NCBI GenBank assembly: GCA_963724765.1
Contig: CAVRVY010000004.1
Coordinates: forward strand, 160,001 to 224,000
Direction of reading: 5' to 3'
Source of the DNA: an uncultured delta proteobacterium
Lineage (GTDB): Bacteria > Desulfobacterota > Binatia > Binatales > Binataceae
DNA length: 64,000 nt
Made by a program: the position numbers and the translations under genes. Shown here in pieces: positions 41,231 to 50,289 of this stretch. The notes under the pieces are model-generated. The model searched no databases. It was not told the origin of the DNA and saw only the letters and a list, made by a program, of their open reading frames with translations. Every line of letters starts with the position of its first letter. The stretch's first letter is position 1.

Positions 41231-43336
41231 CTAGGCGTGCGCGCGCTCCCTTTGCGCGGCCTCACGCGCCTCGCGCGCCTCCTTGACGATCTTTTCGGTG
41301 ACTGGCGGGGGCGCTTCCTCGTAGTGCGAGAAATGCGCCTCGAACGATCCGCGCCCCGAGGTCTTCGAGCGCAGGTCGGGCGCATACTTCAGGATCTCCG
41401 ACATCGGCACCAGCGCCTTGATGACCTGGCTCTGGCCCTTGCGATCCATCCCGAGCACCTTGCCGCGCCGCGCGTTGAGATCGCCGATCACGTCGCCCAT
41501 GCATTCGTCGGGGCAACTCACATCCAGCGCCATCACTGGCTCCAGGATGATCGGCCGGGCTTTTTCGAACGCCGCCTTAAGCCCCATCGAGGCCGCAATC
41601 TGGAAGGCCATGTCGGAGGAATCGACGTCGTGATAGCTGCCTTCGAAAACCGAGACTTTGATGTCCACCACCGGAAAGCCGGCCAGATAGCCCTCGACCA
41701 GCGTGTTGCGCACGCCCTTTTCGACCGACGGGATGAACTGGCGCGGGATCGCGCCGCCGACGATCTCGTCCTTGAACTCGAAACCGCCGCCGCGCGGGAG
41801 CGGCTCTACCTTGAGCCAGCAGTCGCCATACTGTCCGCGGCCGCCTGATTGGCGCTTGTACTTGCCCTGGGCTTCGGCGCGGCCCTTGATGGTTTCCTTG
41901 TAGGGCACCTTGGGCGGCTGAAGTTCAACTTCTACATTAAATTTTCGCTTGAGCTTCTCGACCGTGACCTCGATATGCATCTGCCCCGTGCCCGAGAGGA
42001 TGATCTCGTGGGTTTGCGGATCGCGATGAGTTTCCAGCGCCCGGTCCTCTTCGACCAGGTGCTGCAGCGCCTGTGAGGCTTTCTGCTCGTCGCCCTTGGT
42101 CTTCGGGCGAATCGCAAAGGAGATGACCGTGGCCGGCCGCTCGGGCGCCGGGAAGATGACCGGGGATTTTTCGTCGCACAGCGTGTCGCAGGTCGTGGTG
42201 TCTTTGAGCTTGGCGACCGCAACGATCTCACCCGGCAGCGCGGTTGCGATTGGCGACTGCTTCTTGCCCTCCAGCCGCAGGAGCTGGCCGAAGCGCTCGC
42301 GCACGCCGCGGGTCGAGTTGAGCACCGTAGCGTCGCTTAGGGCGCGGCCCGAGACCACGCGAAAAATCGACAGCTTGCCGGCAAACGGATCGATGACGGT
42401 TTTGAAGACGAAGGCTGAAAACGGCGCCGCCGGGTCGGGCGCGCGCTCGACCGGCTCGCTGTTTGTGCCGCTGAAGCCCTGGCGCGCCGGCCGCACGTTG
42501 GGCGCTGGGAGCAGCGTGTCGATCGCGTCGAGCAACGGCCCGATGCCGATATTCTTAAGCCCCGAGCCGCATAGTACCGGCGTGAGCTTGCCCGCGGCGG
42601 TGGCCGCGCGCAGCGCCGCGCGCAACTCATCGTCCTCCAGCACGCCCTTGTCGAGGTACTTCTCGAGCAGCGCGTCGTCGGTCTCCGCCACGGCCTCGCA
42701 CAGGCGCGTGCGCGCGGTTTCCGCGCGCTCCTTCTGCTCGGCGCTCAGCACTTCCTCCCTGGGTTTGCCACTGGCGTCGGCGTAAATCAGCGCCTTCATC
42801 GCGAGCACGTCGATCACGCCGTTGAACGTGAGTTCAGCACCGATCGGGAGCGTCAGCGCGACTGGATGCGCGTCGAGCGATTTCTCCAGGTCCGTCATCG
42901 CATGGTCAAAGCTGTTGCGTTCACGGTCCAGGCGCGAGACGAAAGCGATTCGCGGAAGGCCAAGCTCGTTCATCTCGGCCCAAATCTTTTCCGATTCGAC
43001 CTTGAGGTCGCCGCCGGCCGTGGCCACGAACACCAGGCTGTCGACCGCGCGCATGGTCGCAAACGAGTCGGGCAGGAACGCCTGGTAGCCGGGAGTGTCG
43101 GCGAGGATGACCTCGTCTTTTTTCCAGTTGTAGTGATGAAACGCCGAGCTGATCGAGATTTTCCGATGCAACTCCTCGGGCTCGAAGTCCATCGCGGCCG
43201 TGCCGTCGTCGGGCCGCCCCTGCCGGGTCAGCATGCCAGCCGTAAACAGCATCGCCTCGGCCAACTCGGTTTTGCCGGTCGCGCCCTGACCGACGATCGC
43301 GATGCTCCTCAGACGTCCGATTTCCTCCACAGCCAT
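41231..43336 (-). CDS. Elongation factor G paralog (EF-G2 type)
   Basis: Full five-domain EF-G (KRQSGGRGQYG, GSYHDVDSS, EPVM) with divergent G motifs; not in the str operon. Confidence 0.9.
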   Translation of the reverse strand: MAVEEIGRLRSIAIVGQGATGKTELAEAMLFTAGMLTRQGRPDDGTAAMDFEPEELHRKISISSAFHHYNWKKDEVILADTPGYQAFLPDSFATMRAVDSLVFVATAGGDLKVESEKIWAEMNELGLPRIAFVSRLDRERNSFDHAMTDLEKSLDAHPVALTLPIGAELTFNGVIDVLAMKALIYADASGKPREEVLSAEQKERAETARTRLCEAVAETDDALLEKYLDKGVLEDDELRAALRAATAAGKLTPVLCGSGLKNIGIGPLLDAIDTLLPAPNVRPARQGFSGTNSEPVERAPDPAAPFSAFVFKTVIDPFAGKLSIFRVVSGRALSDATVLNSTRGVRERFGQLLRLEGKKQSPIATALPGEIVAVAKLKDTTTCDTLCDEKSPVIFPAPERPATVISFAIRPKTKGDEQKASQALQHLVEEDRALETHRDPQTHEIILSGTGQMHIEVTVEKLKRKFNVEVELQPPKVPYKETIKGRAEAQGKYKRQSGGRGQYGDCWLKVEPLPRGGGFEFKDEIVGGAIPRQFIPSVEKGVRNTLVEGYLAGFPVVDIKVSVFEGSYHDVDSSDMAFQIAASMGLKAAFEKARPIILEPVMALDVSCPDECMGDVIGDLNARRGKVLGMDRKGQSQVIKALVPMSEILKYAPDLRSKTSGRGSFEAHFSHYEEAPPPVTEKIVKEAREAREAAQRERAHA

Positions 43337-43477
43337 AGCGTTTGCTCCTGGAGATGTTTTCTAGTTGCGCCTGGCCCCCTCGCGCGACGTCCTGCGCGAT
43401 GCTCTGCGACGCCCTGGACGACCCGCGACGGCTGCGATAGCCGCGGTGCCGATGCTCGCCATACTTTGCACCCTACG

Positions 43478-44278
43478 TCAATCGTACGCGCCCTCGATAC
43501 TTACGTCACCCGCCAGTATCCGTACGATTCGTCCCTCGGCCTCCAGCAACAGCGCGCCGTCCGGGCCGATTCCCCGGACCGTCCCGCCGATGCGGCTTTG
43601 ACCGTCGAGCACCGTGACCTGCCGGCCGGTCAGCGCCGAATAGCGCTCCCAGACGGGTCGCATGGCGGCGAACCCGCCGTCCATAGCCTCCATATAGCGG
43701 GAGTCAAGTCTGGAAAAAAGCTGGCCGGCGAGCTCCACCCGGTCACATGGCCTGCCCGTCGCCGCCATCAGCGAGGTCGCTCGCTCCCGCAGATCAGCCG
43801 GGATATCTTCGGGGGCGAGGTTGAGATTGAGGCCGATTCCCAGCAGGACGCAGACCAGGCGATGGCGCGAGTCGGTCACCGCCTCGGCGATCAGCCCGCC
43901 GGCCTTGCGCCCGCCAAGCCATATGTCGTTAGGCCACTTGAGCGCGACGATTCGCGGCGCGACCATCTCCATCGTTTCGGCCACCGCGACGCCGGCGACC
44001 AGGCTGAGCAGCGGGGCCTCGGCTACCGGCATCTCGGGGCGCAAGATGAAGGTGCCGTAAAAGTTGACGCCCGGCGGCGAATGCCAGGTCCGGCCCATCC
44101 GCCCCCGCCCCGCCGTCTGCCGCTCGGCGATCACGACCTCGCCATGAAGCGCGCTGCGGGAGGCCATCTCCGCCGCAGTCTGCTGCGTGGATTCCAAATC
44201 CTCAAAATAATGCACGCGCCATCCGATCGACCCGCTGCGGCGGCCGGCTTCGGCTGGGCGATAGGGGTTGTCAGTCAC
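43478..44278 (-). CDS. birA: Biotin-protein ligase (no HTH domain)
   Basis: QTAGRGRMGRTWHSP, KWPND, KAGG, GIGLN. Confidence 0.93.
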   Translation of the reverse strand: MTDNPYRPAEAGRRSGSIGWRVHYFEDLESTQQTAAEMASRSALHGEVVIAERQTAGRGRMGRTWHSPPGVNFYGTFILRPEMPVAEAPLLSLVAGVAVAETMEMVAPRIVALKWPNDIWLGGRKAGGLIAEAVTDSRHRLVCVLLGIGLNLNLAPEDIPADLRERATSLMAATGRPCDRVELAGQLFSRLDSRYMEAMDGGFAAMRPVWERYSALTGRQVTVLDGQSRIGGTVRGIGPDGALLLEAEGRIVRILAGDVSIEGAYD

Positions 44279-44315
44279 TTTGCAGCCGCTCTAATTGATC
44301 CGCGACGTTACTGCG

Positions 44316-44353
44316 GATCGATTCGCATGCTCAGCGATCGATTCGCATGCTCA
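44316..44353. repeat. 18-bp duplication (period 20) of the nadC 3' end
   Basis: GATCGATTCGCATGCTCA at 44316-44333 and 44336-44353. Confidence 0.8.
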
Positions 44354-45191
44354 AATCGATGGCGGGCGCCGAATGGGTCAGCGCACCGACGGAAATCAGA
44401 TCGACACCGGTCTCCGCGATCGCGCGCACGCCCTCGAGCGTCACCCCGCCGGAAACCTCGAGCAGCACGCGCCCGGCCGGAGCGAGCGCGCGCGCCCGGC
44501 GCACGTCGTCGAGCGTCATGTTGTCGAGCAGGATCGAATCGGCCCCGGCGGTCAGCGCCTCCTCGACCTGGGCCAGCGTCTCGCATTCAATTTCGAGCCG
44601 TAGCGTGTGCGGCGCGAGCTGGCGCGCGCGCTCCAGCGCATGGCGCACCGAGCCGGCCGCCGCGATATGGTTCTCCTTGATCAGGACGCCGCTATCGAGG
44701 CCGAAGCGATGGTTGAAGCCGCCGCCGGCGCGCACCGCGTATTTCTCGATCATGCGGAGCCCTGGATGGGTCTTGCGGGTGTCGATGATGCGCGCGCCAG
44801 TGCCGGCCACGGCGTCGACGTAGCGCCGGGTCATGGTCGCAATCCCCGACATCAATTGTGCGAAGTTGAGCGCAGTTCGCTCGCCGATCAGTAGCCCGGC
44901 AAGCTGGCCCCGTATCTCAGCCGCGCGCTCGCCCTGCGCGAGAATCTTGCCCTCCGGCGCGAGCGACTCGATCTCGGGCGCGGCGCCCGCCAGGTGAAAA
45001 ATCTCCGCCAGCAACACGCCGCCGCAAAACACGATGTGCGGCGACTCCTTCACCACGATCTGTGCCCGTCCGGGCTGTCCCGCAGCGACAGTCGCCGCCG
45101 TGGTGATGTCGCCCTGCCCCAGGTCTTCCTGCAAAGTAGCACGCAGCAGCGCGTTCAAATTAAGCCGTTCCACTTGATTGAACAGTTTCAT
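44331..45191 (-). CDS. nadC: Quinolinate phosphoribosyltransferase
   Basis: EDLGQGDITT, DTRKTHPG, HRFGLD, LLDNM, SGG, SVGALTHS; start placed at ATG 45191. Confidence 0.96.
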   Translation of the reverse strand: MKLFNQVERLNLNALLRATLQEDLGQGDITTAATVAAGQPGRAQIVVKESPHIVFCGGVLLAEIFHLAGAAPEIESLAPEGKILAQGERAAEIRGQLAGLLIGERTALNFAQLMSGIATMTRRYVDAVAGTGARIIDTRKTHPGLRMIEKYAVRAGGGFNHRFGLDSGVLIKENHIAAAGSVRHALERARQLAPHTLRLEIECETLAQVEEALTAGADSILLDNMTLDDVRRARALAPAGRVLLEVSGGVTLEGVRAIAETGVDLISVGALTHSAPAIDLSMRIDR

Positions 45192-45199
45192 GTCCGCCC

Positions 45200-47878
45200 T
45201 CAGTTCGCCTCCAGGAGCCGTAACTGCTTGCGCAGAAGCTCCTGCTGGCTCGCCAGTTCCTGGGCGCGTTGCTGCATCTGCTCCTGCATCTCGGGCGCCG
45301 CCTTGGCCACGAAATCGGGATTGTCCAGGCGCGCCTGATGCTGTTTGTGATGGGCGGTCACTTCGTCGAGTTTCTTGCGAATGGCGGCGCGCGCCCGCTC
45401 GAAATCGAATCCCTCGGGCGCCATCACGGCGACCTCGCCCCATCCCAGCACCGCCGTCACCATCCCGCCCGGCGTGTTGTCGGATGGTCCTGCCAATCCG
45501 AGGCTCGCCGCTTTGGCCATCGTCGCAGCGTAGGGTTTCCATCGCTCGAATTCCGCGCGGAACTCCGCAGCCGCACCGTCGGCGCCGAGAAACTTGATCC
45601 GCGCCTCGACTCGTTGTCCCGGATGATAGCCGAGCAGCGAGCGCAATGAATTGATCGCCTCGGTCGCCGCGATACACCGCTCCATCGCCGCCGCTTCGTT
45701 GGGGCCGAGCGCGTCCGCGGCCTGCGCCGAGGGAAACTTCGCGACCGCGAGATGCGGCGCGAGACCGGGCTCGTCAATATACGGCCGCAGCGCCTGCCAG
45801 ATTTCCTCGGTGATGAAAGGCATGAAGGGATGGAGCAGCCGGAGCAACCCGTCGAAGCATCGCACCAGCACCCAACGCACAGCGGTCTGCCGCTCGCCGT
45901 CCTGCTTGAGCGGCTCCTTGGCCAGTTCGATATACCAGTCACAGAACTCGTGCCAGATGAAGCTGTAGGCGCGCAACGCGGCGACGTTGAACTCATAACG
46001 ATCGATCGCGCCGCTGACCGCCGCGATCGCGCTGTCGAGCGAGGCCAGGATCCATCGCTCGGCCAGCGGGAGATCGACAACTTTGGCCGGCGGCAGCGGC
46101 TGCGGCGCGTCCGCGAGGTTCATCAGCACGAAACGCGCCGCGTTCCACACCTTGTTGGCGAAGGCGCGTGAGGCGGCCAGGCGATCGTCGGACAAGATCA
46201 GGTCGCGCCCCTGCACGCTTAGCTGCGCCAGCGTAAAACGAACCGCGTCGGTGCCGTAGCGCTCCATGATTTGCAGCGGATCGACCACGTTGCCGCGCGA
46301 CTTCGTCATCTTCTTGCCGAACTGATCGCGCACCAGCGGCGTGATATAAACGTCGCGAAACGGCACCTCGCCCGTGCACTTCAAGCCCATCATCATCATC
46401 CGCGCGACCCAGAAAAAAATGATGTCGAAGCCGGTGATGAGCAGGCTGGTTGGGTAGTAGCGCGCGAGCTCGGGTGTCTGCTCGGGCCATCCAAGGGTCG
46501 AAAAGGGCCACAGCGCCGAGCTGAACCAGGTGTCGAGCACGTCTTCTTCCTGGCGCAGATCGCCGCTGCCACACTTGGTGCACGCCGGCGGGCGCTCGGC
46601 CGCGACCATCATCTCGCCGCATCGCTCGCACCAATAAGCGGGGATACGATGGCCCCACCAGAGTTGGCGCGAGATGCACCAGTCGTAAACGTTCTCCATC
46701 CAGCTGAAATAGGTGTTCTCCCAGCGCTTCGGATGGAATGTCGTGCGGCCGTCGCGCACCGCCGCAAGCGCCTCGTCGGCGAGCGGCTTGACCCGCACGA
46801 ACCATTGGTTCGAGAGCATCGGCTCGACCACCGTCTCGCAGCGCGAGCAGACGCCGATCGCATGCTGATGCGGCTCCATCTTCTCGAGCAGGCCCAGCAC
46901 CGTGAGGTCGTCGACCACCTTGCTCCGGCAATCTTCGCGTGTCATCCCGCGATACGGGCCGGCCTCGTCGTTCATCCGCCCATGCGTATCCATCACGGAA
47001 ATCTGCGGAAGGTTGTGCCGCCGCCCCATCTGGAAGTCGTTGAAGTCGTGCCCCGGCGTGATCTTGACCGCGCCGGAGCCGAAAGCGGGATCGACGCTGG
47101 GGTCGGAGATTATCGGGATTTCGCGCTCGATGAGCGGCAGGATGATCTTCTTGCCGAACATCGCCTTGTAGCGCGCGTCATCCGGATGCACCGCCACGGC
47201 GGTGTCACCCAGCATCGTCTCCGGCCGCGTCGTCGCCACGGTCACCGCGCCCGAGCCGTCGGCCAGCGGATAGCGGATGTACCAGAGATGGCCGGGCGTA
47301 TCCTTGTGGTCGACTTCTAAATCGCTAAGTGCCGTTTCGCATCGCGGACACCAGTTGATGAGACTGAGCGCGCGGTAAATCAGTCCCTCGCGATAGAGCC
47401 TGACGAAAATTTCAGTCACTGCGCGCGAGAGCCCCGGGTCGAGCGTGAAACGCTCGCGGCTCCAGTCGCATGAGGCGCCCAGCCGGCGCAACTGGTTGAG
47501 AATCCGGCCGCCATAGGTCTCACGCCACTGCCATACGCGGGCGACGAACGCCTCGCGGCCGAGATCGTGGCGGTTCTTGCCCTCTTTTGCCAGTTCGCGC
47601 TCGACCACGTTTTGCGTGGCGATCCCGGCGTGGTCGGTGCCCGGCTGCCACAGCGTGTTGTAGCCCTGCATCCGGCGCGTGCGCACGATAACGTCGTGCA
47701 GGGTGACGTTGAGCGCGTGGCCGAGATGGAGCTGGCCGGTAACGTTGGGCGGCGGAATTACGATCGAGAAGACCGGGCCGGGGCGGGACGGGTCGGCCTT
47801 GAAGTAGCCGAGGTCAATCCAGCGGTGATACCAGTGATCTTCCGCGCTTTTCGGGTCGAAAGTCTTGCCTAATTCCAA
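45200..47878 (-). CDS. valS: Valine-tRNA ligase
   Basis: PPPNVTGQLHLGH, DWCISRQLWWGH, KMTKS, C-terminal coiled coil. Confidence 0.98.
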   Translation of the reverse strand: MELGKTFDPKSAEDHWYHRWIDLGYFKADPSRPGPVFSIVIPPPNVTGQLHLGHALNVTLHDVIVRTRRMQGYNTLWQPGTDHAGIATQNVVERELAKEGKNRHDLGREAFVARVWQWRETYGGRILNQLRRLGASCDWSRERFTLDPGLSRAVTEIFVRLYREGLIYRALSLINWCPRCETALSDLEVDHKDTPGHLWYIRYPLADGSGAVTVATTRPETMLGDTAVAVHPDDARYKAMFGKKIILPLIEREIPIISDPSVDPAFGSGAVKITPGHDFNDFQMGRRHNLPQISVMDTHGRMNDEAGPYRGMTREDCRSKVVDDLTVLGLLEKMEPHQHAIGVCSRCETVVEPMLSNQWFVRVKPLADEALAAVRDGRTTFHPKRWENTYFSWMENVYDWCISRQLWWGHRIPAYWCERCGEMMVAAERPPACTKCGSGDLRQEEDVLDTWFSSALWPFSTLGWPEQTPELARYYPTSLLITGFDIIFFWVARMMMMGLKCTGEVPFRDVYITPLVRDQFGKKMTKSRGNVVDPLQIMERYGTDAVRFTLAQLSVQGRDLILSDDRLAASRAFANKVWNAARFVLMNLADAPQPLPPAKVVDLPLAERWILASLDSAIAAVSGAIDRYEFNVAALRAYSFIWHEFCDWYIELAKEPLKQDGERQTAVRWVLVRCFDGLLRLLHPFMPFITEEIWQALRPYIDEPGLAPHLAVAKFPSAQAADALGPNEAAAMERCIAATEAINSLRSLLGYHPGQRVEARIKFLGADGAAAEFRAEFERWKPYAATMAKAASLGLAGPSDNTPGGMVTAVLGWGEVAVMAPEGFDFERARAAIRKKLDEVTAHHKQHQARLDNPDFVAKAAPEMQEQMQQRAQELASQQELLRKQLRLLEAN

Positions 47879-47925
47879 GAGGTGTCCATCTTACGGATAA
47901 TCGCGTCGCGCTCGACGGTCGAAAC

Positions 47926-48011
47926 TGGTGCGAGAGGGGGGACTTGAACCCCCACGAGCTTGCGCTCACAAGGTCCTGAGCCTTGCGCGTCTGCCGTTCC
48001 GCCACTCTCGC
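47926..48011 (-). tRNA. tRNA-Leu(CAG)
   Basis: GCGAGAG acceptor stem, anticodon arm CAAGG-CTCAGGA-CCTTG, long variable arm, GGTTCAAG T-loop, encoded CCA. Confidence 0.96.
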
Positions 48012-48109
48012 ACACCGGTAAGTGAAAGGGTTTAATCGGCTGGGGGAGCGAATTCAAGCTGCCGATCCTCAGCGCAGCATTGGCAGGCTGTTTTTGAGCG
48101 AAAATATTT

Positions 48110-49012
48110 TTGAAACTCTCGATCATAATCGCGACTCACGCGCGTCCCGACGCGCTCGAACGCCTGCTCGGTAGCCTGGCGCCCCAACTCGGCGGCACTG
48201 CCAGCGAAGCTTCGCACGAAATCCTCGTGGCGGAAAACGGCACGCCCGCGCCTTCGATGCTGTCCACGACAGCGCCGCCGCTCGAGCATCTGCACGACCC
48301 GCGCCCGGGCAAATGCCGAATCCAGAACGTCGCCATCCGCCACGCCGCAGGCGATATCATCGTATGCCTTGACGATGACCTCGTCGCCGCGCCGAACTAC
48401 CTCGCCGAGGTCGAGCGCTTTTTTACCGAGCATCCGGGATTCGCCGCGATGAAGGGGCGCATCCTGCCGGCCGAGGACCCAACGGCCAAGGTTGGCCCCG
48501 AGGCCGCGGCATGGCTCGACCTTCCGATCGTTGACCATGGCGAGGAAGTTATCGAGGTGCGCGGCGTGCTGGGCGCGAACATGGCGTTTCGCGCCACTGC
48601 TCTCGCGCGCGTCGGGCTCTTCGACGAACGCCTGGGGCCGGGAGCGGCCGGCCATGAAGAGGAGACCGAAATGTCGGCGCGCCTTGCACGCGCCGGATTC
48701 AGGATCGGTTACGCGCCGCGCGCGCTGGTCTACCACGACGTGGACCCGAGCCGGGCCGATCGCGCCCGCTTTCTGCGCATCGCGCGCGAGCGCGGACGAT
48801 GCCGGATGATCCACGAATCGCATCGCGCGTTTCCAGTGATCGCGGACAACGCGATAGCGGCTCTACGAGTATGGACCGCGCGGCTCGCGGGCGCCGGACC
48901 GCAGCGCCTCGCACGCGAGGAGCGGCGTCTGGCGGTCGCGCGAGGGATGCTCGACGGACTGCGGTCTAATGGATTTCGTTCCTGCGGATTGCGCTCTTGC
49001 GGCCGCGGCTAG
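48110..49012 (+). CDS. Glycosyltransferase family 2
   Basis: LSIIIATHAR, CLDDD, GANMAFR, GLFDERLG. Confidence 0.9.
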   Translation: MKLSIIIATHARPDALERLLGSLAPQLGGTASEASHEILVAENGTPAPSMLSTTAPPLEHLHDPRPGKCRIQNVAIRHAAGDIIVCLDDDLVAAPNYLAEVERFFTEHPGFAAMKGRILPAEDPTAKVGPEAAAWLDLPIVDHGEEVIEVRGVLGANMAFRATALARVGLFDERLGPGAAGHEEETEMSARLARAGFRIGYAPRALVYHDVDPSRADRARFLRIARERGRCRMIHESHRAFPVIADNAIAALRVWTARLAGAGPQRLAREERRLAVARGMLDGLRSNGFRSCGLRSCGRG

Positions 49013-50130
49013 TTTTTTAGCGAATCGACTATCTCGAGCAGCCTGGCGCAATAGCCACTCCACGGATGGGCCTCGGCCGCGGCGCGCACGATATCCTCGC
49101 ACTGATGCTCGGTCTGCAACAATGCCGTGAGGCGCTCGGCAATCTCGGCGGAGTTGGCCGGATCTTTCACGACGAACGGACGCATCGTGGCCGGCAGCAG
49201 TTCTGCGACTCCCGATTGCGCGCTGACCAGCACGCCGAGTCCGCCGGCCATCGCTTCCATCACGACATTCCCGAAGGGCTCAAAGAACGAGGGCAGCGCG
49301 AACGCGTCGGCGGCATGCAGCAGTTGCTCGATTTGGCCCATCGCGCCCAGAAAGCGCACCCGCGAGCCGACTCCAAGCCGATGGGCGAGGCGGATATAGC
49401 GGAGCGCCGAGCGGTCGGTGCCGGCGACCAGCAGATACGGATGCGATTTGAGCGCAGGCCACGCTTCGAGCAGCGGCCCGAGTCCTTTGCGCGCGAAACC
49501 GTTGCCCACGAACGCGACCACCGGAGTACCGGTTTCGACTTCGAACATCTGCCGAAAGCGCGCGCGCTCGGCCAGGCTGGAGGGATGGAAGCGTTCGAGG
49601 TCGACTCCATTATACAGCGTCACCGCTTTGTCCGAGTCGAGGGCGAACTCCTCGATTAGCTGGGCGCGAACCAGTTGCGAAACCGCGATCGCCCGGCGCA
49701 TGGTGGGAGATTTGAAGGCCGCCCGTTCGACTATAATTTGCGCGCGATGGTACGGCCGCAGGCGCATCGCAGCCGCCGCCCAGTTCCCGCGCCATCGCTG
49801 TGCCGCCCGCAGATAGGCGATGTGTGCGCCGCCGCCCGAGCGCAGGATGTCTGCGCCCACCGCCCGCGCAAAACTCAGCACCAGTTCGGCACCGTCGCGC
49901 CGCGCCTGCGCCGGCGCCTCCCAGGCAAAACGCATCAATCGGAACGGACCGCTCGGCCATCGCGAGCCAACCTGTACCACGCGCCATCGCTGCGAGGGTC
50001 CGCGCGCTTCAGCGGTATAGACGGTTATGTCGTGTCCCGCTTCGGCAAGACATTGCGCGGTGACGATCAAATCGCGCTCGGTGCCGCCGCCGCCCGGGTC
50101 GAAGCGCCGCGCGATCAATGCTACGCGCAT
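49009..50130 (-). CDS. Glycosyltransferase family 4 (WaaG/RfaG-like)
   Basis: GGGTER, FVGNGFARKG, EPFGNVVMEAMA; start placed at ATG 50130. Confidence 0.88.
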   Translation of the reverse strand: MRVALIARRFDPGGGGTERDLIVTAQCLAEAGHDITVYTAEARGPSQRWRVVQVGSRWPSGPFRLMRFAWEAPAQARRDGAELVLSFARAVGADILRSGGGAHIAYLRAAQRWRGNWAAAAMRLRPYHRAQIIVERAAFKSPTMRRAIAVSQLVRAQLIEEFALDSDKAVTLYNGVDLERFHPSSLAERARFRQMFEVETGTPVVAFVGNGFARKGLGPLLEAWPALKSHPYLLVAGTDRSALRYIRLAHRLGVGSRVRFLGAMGQIEQLLHAADAFALPSFFEPFGNVVMEAMAGGLGVLVSAQSGVAELLPATMRPFVVKDPANSAEIAERLTALLQTEHQCEDIVRAAAEAHPWSGYCARLLEIVDSLKN

Positions 50131-50139
50131 AGCGGTCCA

Positions 50140-50202
50140 GCCAGCGCGCTTCGCGCTTGTGCCAGCGCGCATCGCGCTTGTGCCAACGCGCTTCGCGCTT
50201 GC
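50140..50202. repeat. 21-bp tandem repeat x3 (GCCAGCGCGCTTCGCGCTTGT)
   Basis: Three near-identical copies in the 5' region of the GT4 gene. Confidence 0.85.
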
Positions 50203-50289
50203 GGCCAGTATCGTCGCGAACTCAAGAGATGCCTGACGCGTGGCCTTGTGTTAGCGTAATTGACCAGTGGAGAAAGGGGTGCGGATGCG

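Noticed and set aside
47881-48110. tRNA-Leu as an island integration site
   Set aside because: No duplicated tRNA 3' end or integrase seen; valS follows directly.
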